A DNA stretch of 63,928 nucleotides, the filler included, from Chiloscyllium plagiosum (taxonomy: Eukaryota): the NCBI RefSeq assembly GCF_004010195.1. It is 5 parts of one record of this genome, joined end to end, with 100 filler letters (N's around TTAATTAATTAA, not from the genome) between each part and the next. Parts side by side here need not be neighbours in the genome. Positions count along the whole stretch, not along the records: positions 36,714 to 51,641 come from NC_057710.1; positions 51,742 to 61,421 come from NC_057710.1; 3 more parts are not named here. One strand, written 5' to 3'. Under the pieces are notes generated by a model that was given only the letters and a program-made list of their open reading frames with translations, was not told the origin of the DNA and ran no database searches. The position numbers and the translations under genes were made by a program. Below, piece by piece: positions 50,148-59,809 of this stretch. Each line of letters begins with the position of its first letter. The first letter of the stretch is position 1.

Positions 50148-52465
50148 TAATCCAAGATGGAGGACAGTAAAAATTTCTGGCTGTAAGAGCTGCTCCTTTT
50201 TTTGAGGTATTTTAGGTGTTGGAGGTGATTTCTTCAAATTCCAGGAGCAGCAATTACTGTTTTATATGCTGCTGCCTTGTTTTGAAACTTTGGGAAAAAA
50301 AAGTCAAAACAACAGCAGTTTAAAAGGGAGAAGAGCAGACAAAGGAAGCACATGGTGAGGACAGTGCAGGAGGGAGGGAGAGAGAAAACCTGCACATTTA
50401 CCACCTTTGCTGTTTGAATTCGTGTATTACTGGACATCGGAGTGCATCTGGGAAAATTAACAAACAGTGAAATTCACAACTAATCTTGGAAGAACTGTTG
50501 TGTGAAGTTCGCAGCACAGGATCAGATAAGTTCATTGTTGTTTTAAGTCTGTCAAAGAGAAAGGCTGCAGTAGTGGGTACAATAGATTCTTTCTTGATTA
50601 TATGTTTTTGGAGATAAGTCTCTTGATTAAACTTAAAATATAAGCCATAGCTATTAACTTAACCTGGGGCAGTGTTTGTAGAGGAATAAGACGGTGTTAT
50701 TTTCTGGGTCTGTAGATTGTGAAGGAGCAAAAATGGCCTTTGCAGTGATATGTACTTCTTGTTAGATGTGCGAGTTTAAAGAGAGTTTAAGGGTTACTGC
50801 GGATTATATCTGCCATAAATGCGGTTGGATGCGAATCTTATCAGATCGAGTGGATCAGTTGGAGAGACAAATAGAAGTGATGAGGAATTTGCAACAGCAA
50901 CAGTATGTGATGGATGGCAGTTATAGAAAGGGGGGAAAGTCTCAGATACAGTCACATAGATGGGCTAACTCCAGGAAGGGTAAGAGAGGTAGGCAGGTAG
51001 TGCAGGAGTCTTTTGTGGATATACCGGTTTCAAACAGGTATGCTGTTTTGGAAAATGTAGGGGGTGATGGATTCTCAGGGGAATGTAGTACAAACAGCCA
51101 TGTTTCTGGTATTGAGACTGGCTCTAATGCAACGAGGTGTACGTTGGCTTCCAAGAAATCAATTGTGTTAGGGGATTCTGTAGTCAGAGGTACATACAGA
51201 CGTTTCTGTGGCCAGCAGAGAAAAAGCAGAATGGTGTGTTGTTTCCCTGGTGCCAGGATCAAGGATGTCTCAGAGAGGGTGCACTATGTTCTCACGGGGG
51301 AGAGGGGCCAGCAGGAGATCATTGTCCACATTGGAACCAACGACATTGGAAGAGAAAAGGTTGAGATTCTGAAGGGAGATTACAGAGAGTTAGGTAAAAC
51401 TTTAAAAAAGAGGTCCTCAAGGGTAGCAATATCTGGATTACTCCCAGTGCTATGAGCTAGTGAGGGCAGGAATAGGAGGATAGAGCAGATGAATGCATGG
51501 CTGAGGAGCTGGTGTATAAGAGAAGGATTCACATTTTTGGATCATTGGAATCTCTTTTGGGGTAGAAGTGACCTGTACAAGAAGGATGGATTGCACCTAA
51601 ATTGGAAGGGGACTAATATACTGGCAGGGAAATTTGCTAGANNNNNNNNNNNNNNNNNNNNNNNNNNNNNNNNNNNNNNNNNNNNTTAATTAATTAANNN
51701 NNNNNNNNNNNNNNNNNNNNNNNNNNNNNNNNNNNNNNNNNAGTGATCTGGGTGTTCTTGTACACCAGTCAATGAAGGCAAGCATGCAGGTACATCAGGT
51801 AGTGAAGAAGGCTAATAGCATGCTGTCCTTTATAACAAGAGGGATTGAGTATAGAAGCAAAGAGGTCCTTCTGCAGCTGTACAGGGCCCTGGTGAGACCA
51901 CACCTGGAGTATTGTGTGCTGTTCTGGTCTCCAAATTTGAGGAAAGACATTCTGGCTATTGAGGGAGTGCAGCGTGGGTTCACGAGGTCAATTCCTGGAA
52001 TGGCGGGATTACCTTCCACTGAAAGACTGAAGCGACTGGGCTTGTATATCCTTGAGTTTAGAAGACTGAGAGGGGATCTGATTGAGACGTATAAGATTAT
52101 TAAAGGATTGGACACTCTGGCAGCAGGAAACATGTTTCTGCTGATGGGTGAGTGCCGAACCAGAGGACACAGGTTAACAAAACGGGATAGAGCATTTAGG
52201 ACAGAGATGAGGATCAACTTCTTCACCCAGAGAGTGGTGGCTGTGTGGAATGCTCTGCCCCAGAGGGCAGTGGAGGCCCAGTCTCTGGATTCATTTAAGA
52301 AAGAGTTGGATAGAGCTCTCAAAGATAGTGGAATCAAGGGTTATGGAGATAAGGCAGGAACAGGATACTGATTAGGAATGATCAGCCATGATCATGTTGA
52401 ATGGCGGTGCAGGCTCGAAGGGCTGAATGGCCTATTCCTGCACGTATGGTCTATTGTCTATTGTC
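50148..52465 (+). mobile_element. Young CR1 LINE: 5'UTR and ORF1, gap, then ORF2 3' end
   Basis: 5'UTR shared with 15188. The 3' segment after the gap encodes LVRPHLEYC...WNALP and ends in a ctattgt tail. The two sides of the gap may belong to different copies or subfamilies. Confidence 0.88.
50733..51641 (+). pseudogene. CR1 ORF1 (CxxC..CxxC zinc finger, coiled coil, SGNH/GDSL esterase) with in-frame stops
   Basis: MAFAVICTSC*M...ICHKC; IVLGDSVVRG, CFPGARIKD, HIGTND, DGLHLN. Stops at 50763-50765 and 51453-51455. Confidence 0.88.
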
Positions 52466-52585
52466 AATTGAATCCATCTCCTCTCTCTTCAAGTTCTTCT
52501 TCAGCCCTGAGGAGAGGTCCTTAACCCTGGCATCTGACAGCTCCGACTTTGGTATTCTCACTGACGGTTGCAGAGAATAGTACCT

Positions 52586-53297
52586 TTTGGATGTAGGTTT
52601 GCTCGCTGAACTGAAAGGTTCATTTTCAGACTAGTTAACATCTTCAGTGGACCTCAGGCGAAGCAATGCTGAAAATTCCTGCTTTCTATTTATATGTTTG
52701 GGTTTCTTTGGGTTGGTGATGTAATTTCCTGTGGTGATGTTATTTCCTGTGGTGAAGTCACTTCCTGTTCCTTTTCTCGGGGGGTGGTATATGGGATGAG
52801 CAAAACTAACATCATTTACAAAATACTGTGCAAGGACTGTAACAAACACTACATTGGACAAATAGGCAGAAAACTAGCCACAAAAAGACATGACCCTCTG
52901 TCACTAGTATCCTCACATACGGATGAAGAAGGACACCATTTCGATTGGGACAGTACATCCATCCTAGGACAAGCCAATAAAGACATGCATGAGAATTCCT
53001 AGAAGCATGGCATTCCTACCGGAACTCTATCAACAAACACATTGAGTTAGACCCCCTCTATCACACCCTGAGAAAAGGAACAGGAAGTGACATCACCACA
53101 GGAAATTACATCACCAACCCAACAAAACCCAAGCATATGAATAGAAAGCAGGAATTTTCAGCATTGCTTCGCGTGAGGTCCACTGAAGATGTTACCTAGT
53201 AAGGTAATGAAACGTCTGGAAATGAACCTTTCAGCTCAGCGAGCAAACCTACATCCAAAACCTCAACCTGAGCTACAAATCTTCTCAAAACTCGCTA
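52586..53297 (+). mobile_element. Penelope-like element with long inverted terminal repeats, a GIY-YIG remnant and a 12-bp TSD
   Basis: TSD agaatagtacct at 52574-52585 and 53298-53309. NIIYKILCKDCNKHYIGQIGRKL...HHFDWD..ILGQ. About 52586-52795 is the reverse complement of about 53052-53260. Confidence 0.9.
53179..53220 (+). ncRNA. Minimal type I hammerhead ribozyme (PLE-associated)
   Basis: UCCA-CUGAAGA-U-GUUACC-UAGUAA-GGUAAU-GAAAC-GUC-UGGA: intact core, helix I UCCA/UGGA, 6-bp helix II, palindromic ACGU. Predicted cleavage after 53216. Confidence 0.72.
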
Positions 53298-54189
53298 AGA
53301 ATAGTACCTATTCCCCAAATTATATATTATGGCCTACACACTGCATTCTTATTTCCTTGCCCCATTTGAATATCAGGGAGGTGATGGACTAGTGGTAGAC
53401 TCAGCTAATGTTCTGGGGATCTACGTGTGAATCCGGCTGTGGTCGTGGTGGAATTTGAATTAAATATATAAAAAGTATCTGGAATTAAGAATCCATTGGC
53501 AATTGTCGGAAAAACCCATCTAGTTCACTAGGAAATCTACCATCCTCACATGTTCTGGCCTCCATGCGACTCCAGACTCACAGGAATGTGGTTGACCTTC
53601 TATTGCTGTCTGAAGTGGCCGAGCAAGCCATTCAGTTGTACTAATTGTGACAAAGCCTCAAAGAAATGAAACCTGATTGCACACTGGCATCAGCCTAGGC
53701 ACTGGAAAAGACAATGGCAGAAACAGCCCTGTAGATCCTGCAATATCCTCCTTACTAACATTTGGGGGCTAGTCCCAAAATTGGGACAGCTGTCTCACAG
53801 ACTAGTCAAGTAACAGCCTAGCATAGTCATACTCACAGAATCATACCCTACAGACAATGTCCCAGATACCACCATCATCATCACTGGATATGTCCTGTCC
53901 CACCTGTTGGGCACACCCAACAGAGGTGGCAGCACAGTGGTATACAGTCAAGAAGGAGTTGCCCTGGGAGTCCTCAACATTGACTCTGTACCCCATGAAC
54001 TCTCACATAAAGTTAAACATGGACAAGGAAATCTCCTGCTGATTAACAGGTACTGTCTTTCCACAGCTGTTGAATCAGTACTCCTCCATGTTGAACAATA
54101 CTCAGAGGAAGCACTGAGGTTGGCAAGGGTACAAAATAACCTCTGGGTGGAGGATTTCAATGTCCACCAAGGTGGTTCAGCATCAGTAC

Positions 54190-55203
54190 TGGGTTTGAGT
54201 TATGAAAATAGGCTGGGAAGCTTTTCACTAGGAGAGTAAGAGGTTTAGGAGTTTTATAAAATCATGAGGGGTATAGATAGAATGATTAGCGAGGGTCTTT
54301 TCCCTAAGTTCAAAACCAAGGGGCATATTTTTAAGGTGAGAGAAGGAAGTTTTAAAAAGGATGAGGAGCAACTTTTGTTTACACAGGAAATGGTTCATGT
54401 GTGGAATGAACTATCAGGGCAGAATGAACTGGACCAGATCAGACCCCCTCAAAATATTTTAAGAAGGTAGCCTAGACCCAAACTTTTTCTTATTTTTAAA
54501 GGGAAATGTGATGTGCCTGTTCCAGATACAATACAACTGGTCAAACTACTCAACATTGAGCAAAATAGAATGTATTTAAACACTATGGTTAAATTATAAC
54601 CAAAGAAAGAGGAACTTAGAATAGCTTAACTCTATTTAAAACTTAACAGAATAGTAGATACAGTAACTATTACTAATTCACTGTTCAAATAAAGTAATAT
54701 GCCATAAACACCCCTTGGCAAAAGGGAAAATTCAGACACAGATTCTTACATAAAGTTCTCCCATTCAGGAGGGAAAAACATCACAAGAAGATTCAGAGAG
54801 GGTAGCAGCCAAGAGTCATTCACTTCCAACTCTGTTGAGACCCCAATAAATCCTGATGCTTCTGAAAAAACAAAACCCAGGAATCTAGATCTGTGAGAGC
54901 AGGCCACACCCCTTCAGGCTGCATAAAAACAAATCCAAGGTCTCCCAAGACAGATCTTCACCTCTGCCTTACAACCTCTCTTCATAAAAAAGGACAAAAC
55001 AACCTTTAAAGCCACTGCATTATCACAAAGTGGTGGATGCAGTTACAACATTTCTAAGATATTTGAATAAGTACATGAATAGGAACCGTTTGGAGTTATA
55101 TAGGCCAAATACAGACAAGTGGGACTAGTTCTGTTTGGAAACATGGTCAGCATGGACTAGTCGGTCTGTTTCCATGCTGAGGTGTATGACTCTATGACTC
55201 TAA
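54190..55203 (+). mobile_element. CR1 3' fragment inserted in the LINE above, itself split by a probable solo LTR (about 54430-55027)
   Basis: CR1 ...gtggaatgaact breaks at about 54412 and resumes at aagtggtggatgc (55028). The insert ends ...tatcaca (TGTGATA on the minus strand) and has no coding signal. Confidence 0.6.
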
Positions 55204-55449
55204 TAATCGAGCTGGGCGGGTCCTAAATGATATAGCTGCTATACTGGGCCTGTGGCAGCTGTTGAGGGAACCAACAAGAGGGAAAAACATATTGACCTCA
55301 TCCTTACCAATCTGTCAGCTGCAGATGCATCTGTCCATGACAATATCAGTAAGAGTGACCACCGCATAGTCCTTGTCAAGACAAAGTCCTGTCTTCACAA
55401 TTAGAATAACCTCCATCAGGTTGTGTGGCACTATCATCATGCTAAATCA

Positions 55450-55631
55450 TGATTTGAAGATGTCGGTGTTGGACTGGGGTGCACAAAGTTGAAAATCACA
55501 CAACACCAGGTTGTAGTCCAATAGGTTTAATTGGAAGCACTAGCTTTCGGAACGCTGTCAACCACCTGATGAAGGAGCAGCGCTCAGAAAGCTAGTGCTT
55601 CCAATTAAACCTGTTGGACTATAACCTGGTG
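55450..55631. mobile_element. Palindromic PLE mini-element with a 13-bp TSD
   Basis: Same family as 18948. TSD tcatgctaaatca at 55437-55449 and 55632-55644. Confidence 0.85.
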
Positions 55632-56069
55632 TCATGCTAAATCAGACAGACTTCGAACAGTAAATCAAGACTGGCTATCCATGAGGAACTGTGGGCCATC
55701 AACAGCAGCAGAATTGTACTCCAGCGTAATCTGCAACCTCATCACCATCAAGTCAAATGAGATGTCAACCTAGTGACACTACCAAATAGTACTATTTGCA
55801 TGGCGAACAAGTATAAGCAGTAAGTAATGGACAGCACTAAGCGATCCCATTAGCCAACGGATCAGATCTAAGCTCGGCAGCCCTGCCACATCTAATCGTG
55901 AATGGTGATAGACAATTTAACAACTCACTGGGGGAGGAGGCTCCACAAATATTCCCATTCTCAATGATGGAAGACATACAAAAGATATGGCTGAAGCTTT
56001 CACAGCAATCTTGAGCCAGAAGTACTGAATGGATAATCCATCTCCTTCAGTAGTCCTCAGCATCACAGA

Positions 56070-56236
56070 GTTGAGAGTATCTTGCTGGAGAAACACAGCA
56101 GGTCAGGCAGCAGCTAAGGAGCAGGAAAATCGACGTTTCAGGCCAGAGCCCTTCATCAGGATGCTGCCTGACCTGCTGTGCTTTTCCAGCAATACACTCT
56201 CAACTCTGATCTCCAGCATCTGCAGATCTCTCTGTC
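56070..56236. mobile_element. Palindromic PLE mini-element with TSD
   Basis: TSD tcctcagcatc(a/t)caga at about 56054-56069 and 56237-56252. Minus-strand hammerhead ctgatgaagggctctggcctgaaacgtc. Confidence 0.8.
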
Positions 56237-58289
56237 TCCTCAGCATCTCAGATACCAGTCTTCAGCCAATTTGATTCATTCCACATGGTATCAAGAAACA
56301 GTTGGAGGCACTGGATATTGCCAAAGCTATGGTCCCTGACGACATTCCAGCAATAGTACTGAAGACTTGTGCTCCAGAACTTGCCGGTCTCCTGGCCAAG
56401 TTTTTCCAGGACAGTTGCAACACCAGCATATATCAGACAATGTAGAAAATTGCTCAAGTATGTCCTACACATACAAAACCGAATAAATCCAACCTGCCCA
56501 ATTATCATCCCATCAGTCTAATCTTGATCATCAGTAAAATGATGGAAGGTGTCATCAACAGTGCTATCAAGCAGCAGTGCTAATAACCAGCTTAGTGACA
56601 CCCAGTTTGGGTTCTGCCAGCGTCACTCAGCTCCTGACTTCATTATAGCCTTGGTCCAAACAGAGCAACGAGGGAAGCCATAGCTTTGTCTGATATCCAG
56701 ACCTCATGGAAGACCTCAACCAAGCTGTAAACTTAACAGACTGGTGTTGCCAGTTTGATCGGTACCAGATAGACACTGGTACCGATCACTCAGAAGCCTA
56801 CTAAATATCAGATAAAGGTGTTCCTGTTTCCAGTTGGCAGCTGCTCCAGTGATATTATAAAACAGGGACTTGATATGAAAATTGTCAATCATGACAACGT
56901 CATTAGCACCTTTGATTCATACTTCAGCAGTCAAGGTGGCAATCTCAGATCACAAAAAAAATCAGCATGGACTCCTGGGGGCTCTGCAGTAAAGTTTGAT
57001 CTTTTTTCTACCAATCTCTACTGCACTAAGATAAGAAGGTACCAGCAGAACAAGAAGCCAGAGGGCATAGGCACTGTCATTGTTTCATGTCCATATTGTG
57101 GCTAGAAAACAGTCCAGCAAGCCACAGCCAGTCCAGTGTTGAGTGCCACGCATGCTGCCACAGCAGTCACTGTTTTATTTTAAGGCAGTTTGCCAAAGCA
57201 GCAACGGAAGATTTCCAGAAGCAGTATAAATGTTTAAAAATTGTAGACTCAAGATGATATCTTGTCTGCAGATATCATGGTTAATAACAAAGAAACTAAT
57301 TTAAATTTGATTACAGGATTACGCATATCCATTCTTTCAGACTTAATATCATGTTCGAACCTAAATTTCTCCAACTAACTTGCATCCAAGTTCAGGAATA
57401 ATTCTGATGGAATTGAGTGAGCAGGTGCAAGCTACAGTTTATTACAAGGTGAGAGGTTACCAATATTCTGTATATCATTCTTAATCATCACTGTTTTTTT
57501 TAGGCAGAGAGAGATGTTTGTGTGGCTTTCAATCTTCTATATTTTGTAGTTGCAGCAAACATTGAAGGTGACTCATTACACAATGAATCAGACTATATGG
57601 AAGAAATGTCATTGCTCAGTTCATAGGAAGGTCTTGAAAATCTTTCATCTCTCTTTGGTGGAAGACTAGAAGAAGTGGGAAAGAAAGGGAGAAAATGACT
57701 AGCCACACAAGAACATTATCGGCCTTGATTTTCCCCTCCAGGAGAGTGCAAGAAAAGAGAGATGCAACTGGCATCGATGTTTTGGAGAAAGAGGTCTTGA
57801 ACATCATCACCCTTTCAAGACAGTATAAATGACAAATTTTAACAACAACTCTTGTTGTCTCTTTTGCAGACAATCTGTGTTTATTGCAGATGACGATAAA
57901 GAAGTGAATCAGTCAACTCATGCCACTGAAGACAACAATGCTCTACAGCCACCGCCTTCATTGGCAGAAATAAACGGTGTATGAAATAAGCTTGTAACAA
58001 TGAGCAAAGAACATCAAGCTGAAATTAATACATTCAAAGGCAAACATGAAATTTCAGCAACAACTACCAAATGGTAGCTCAGCAACTGAAAGCTACCAGT
58101 GAAAACATGTCAAGCGAATGAGCCTCAAGTTCAAATTGGAATCAAGTCAATATTGAAAACTCAGAGGTTATTTTTCTGTGGAAGTGTAAACTAGAGTCTA
58201 CAACTGAATCTCAAGTTTCTTTCAGTATAGAGCAAATTTACAATTTACAGGCCCAGAGAAGTTCCTTAGAAACGCTTAAAGCTTAAAGT

Positions 58290-58582
58290 CCAAAATTAGA
58301 GGGCACAGGTTTAAGATAAGAGAGTAAAGATTTTAAAAAGATCTGAGGGGTAACTTTTTCACACAGAGAGTGGTGAGTGTATGGAACAAGTTACCAAAGG
58401 AGATGGTGGAGGCAGGTGCCATTACAATATTTAAAAGGTATCTGGATGGGTATATGAATAGGAAGAGTTTAGAGGAATATGGGCCAAATACTGGCAAATG
58501 GGACTAGGCAAGATTGGGATGCCTGGTTGACATGGACAAGTTGGACCAAAGGGTCTGTTTCCCTGCTGTATGACTCTATGAT
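58290..58582 (+). mobile_element. CR1 3' end
   Basis: agagggcacaggtttaag...ctttttcacacagagagtgg...gactctatg. Confidence 0.85.
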
Positions 58583-58904
58583 TGAGCATCAAATGCAACA
58601 TCATAATATTAAAATTAAGCAAGATTTCGAATAATGCATGTATCTAAGAGAGACTAAAGAGTTAAAAATCACAGCTATTGACACTATCAAGCAACAAAGA
58701 AAGATTCACACACTACAAATGGTTGAACATTGGAAATTAGCAAACTACAGAGAGTGTAAATTTTATACCACATCTAAAGAGATTAAAAGGTCATCATTAG
58801 AAAATGATGGTCACAGAGAAAGAAGCACGAAGGACTGTCTTGACATGCTTCTGCATGGTGTAAGCAATTAATAAAAGATTGTCAGTTTGCATTAGCATGG
58901 TTAT

Positions 58905-59420
58905 GGAATCATAGAGTCATAGATATCTATAGTATGAAAAAAAGCACTTCAGCCCTGGTCATCTGTACTGGTCAAAAACAACCACCTAACTATTCTAATC
59001 CCATTTTCTAGCAGTTGGCCCACAGTGTTGCATGTCTTGACAAAAAGCACAACTAAACACTTCTTAAATGTTATAATGCTTTCTGCTTCTACTACCATTA
59101 CAGGAGGTGAGTTCCAGCTTCCCACCACCCGCTGGGTGAAAAAGCTTTTCCTTACATCTCCTATAAACCTTCTGCCCTTTACCTTAAATTTATGCCCCTG
59201 GTCATTGATTCATGTATTAAGGAGAAAAGCTTCTTCCTGTCTACCCCATCTATGCCCCTCAGCATTTTAAACATCTCAATCATGTCCCCTTTTAATTTCC
59301 TCTGCTCTAAGGAAAACAATCCCAACCTGTCCAGTCTCTCTTCATAACTAAAACTCTCCAACCCAGGCAGCATCCTGGGAAATCTCCCTTGCACTTTCTC
59401 CAGTATTATCACATCCTTCC
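58905..59420 (-). mobile_element. CR1 3' end
   Basis: LEKVQGRFPRMLPGLESFSYEERLDRLGLFSLEQRKLKGD. Confidence 0.88.
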
Positions 59421-59809
59421 TTCCTATAAGGTAGCATTCTAAAATATCCAGTTCTCATCTGTCCAGGTCTACCCTGGTCTTCGTACTTGTATGTCTGGTA
59501 CTGCAGGGAGGACAAATTTGTTTTTTACTTGAAAAGCTTTGCTTCTTCTGAAATACATCTGAAAATTGGAGACTTACAACTTCTCTTTTTTTTCAAGGAA
59601 CCACTGTGTTCAGCCGAAAGGACTGAAATTTGAACATGTGAATAATCTTTTGAATTTCTACTGTTTACCAAAAAACATTCTTTGCTTGTGGAATCTATCA
59701 ATTTGTGTGTGCATGCATGCATGGTTATGAGGTGCTGTGTAAATAACCATTATCTTTTCTTCTGAGTTAAAATTTAAATCTCCAGGTTACTTCCAGTGCC
59801 ATACACCAC

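Larger units (their letters stand above)
53370..56665 (+). mobile_element. APE-RT LINE (CR1-group, distinct family) preceded by a SINE-like head; multiply interrupted
   Basis: SINE-like core at 53380-53640, then NIWGLVPKLGQLSHRLVK..PSIVILTES...RGGSTVVYSQEG...EDFNVH (endonuclease), EPTRGKNILTSSL, KAMVPDDIPA, NYHPISL, QFGFC. Confidence 0.75.

Noticed and set aside
50766..51455. 229-aa SGNH hydrolase ORF as a host or domesticated gene
   Set aside because: It is embedded in a CR1 5'UTR context with in-frame stops at both ends. Esterase-bearing ORF1 is a known CR1 feature.
59525..59722. Minus-strand 65-aa ORF as an exon of a nested gene such as STARD6
   Set aside because: No START-domain or other recognisable similarity, and no convincing splice sites.
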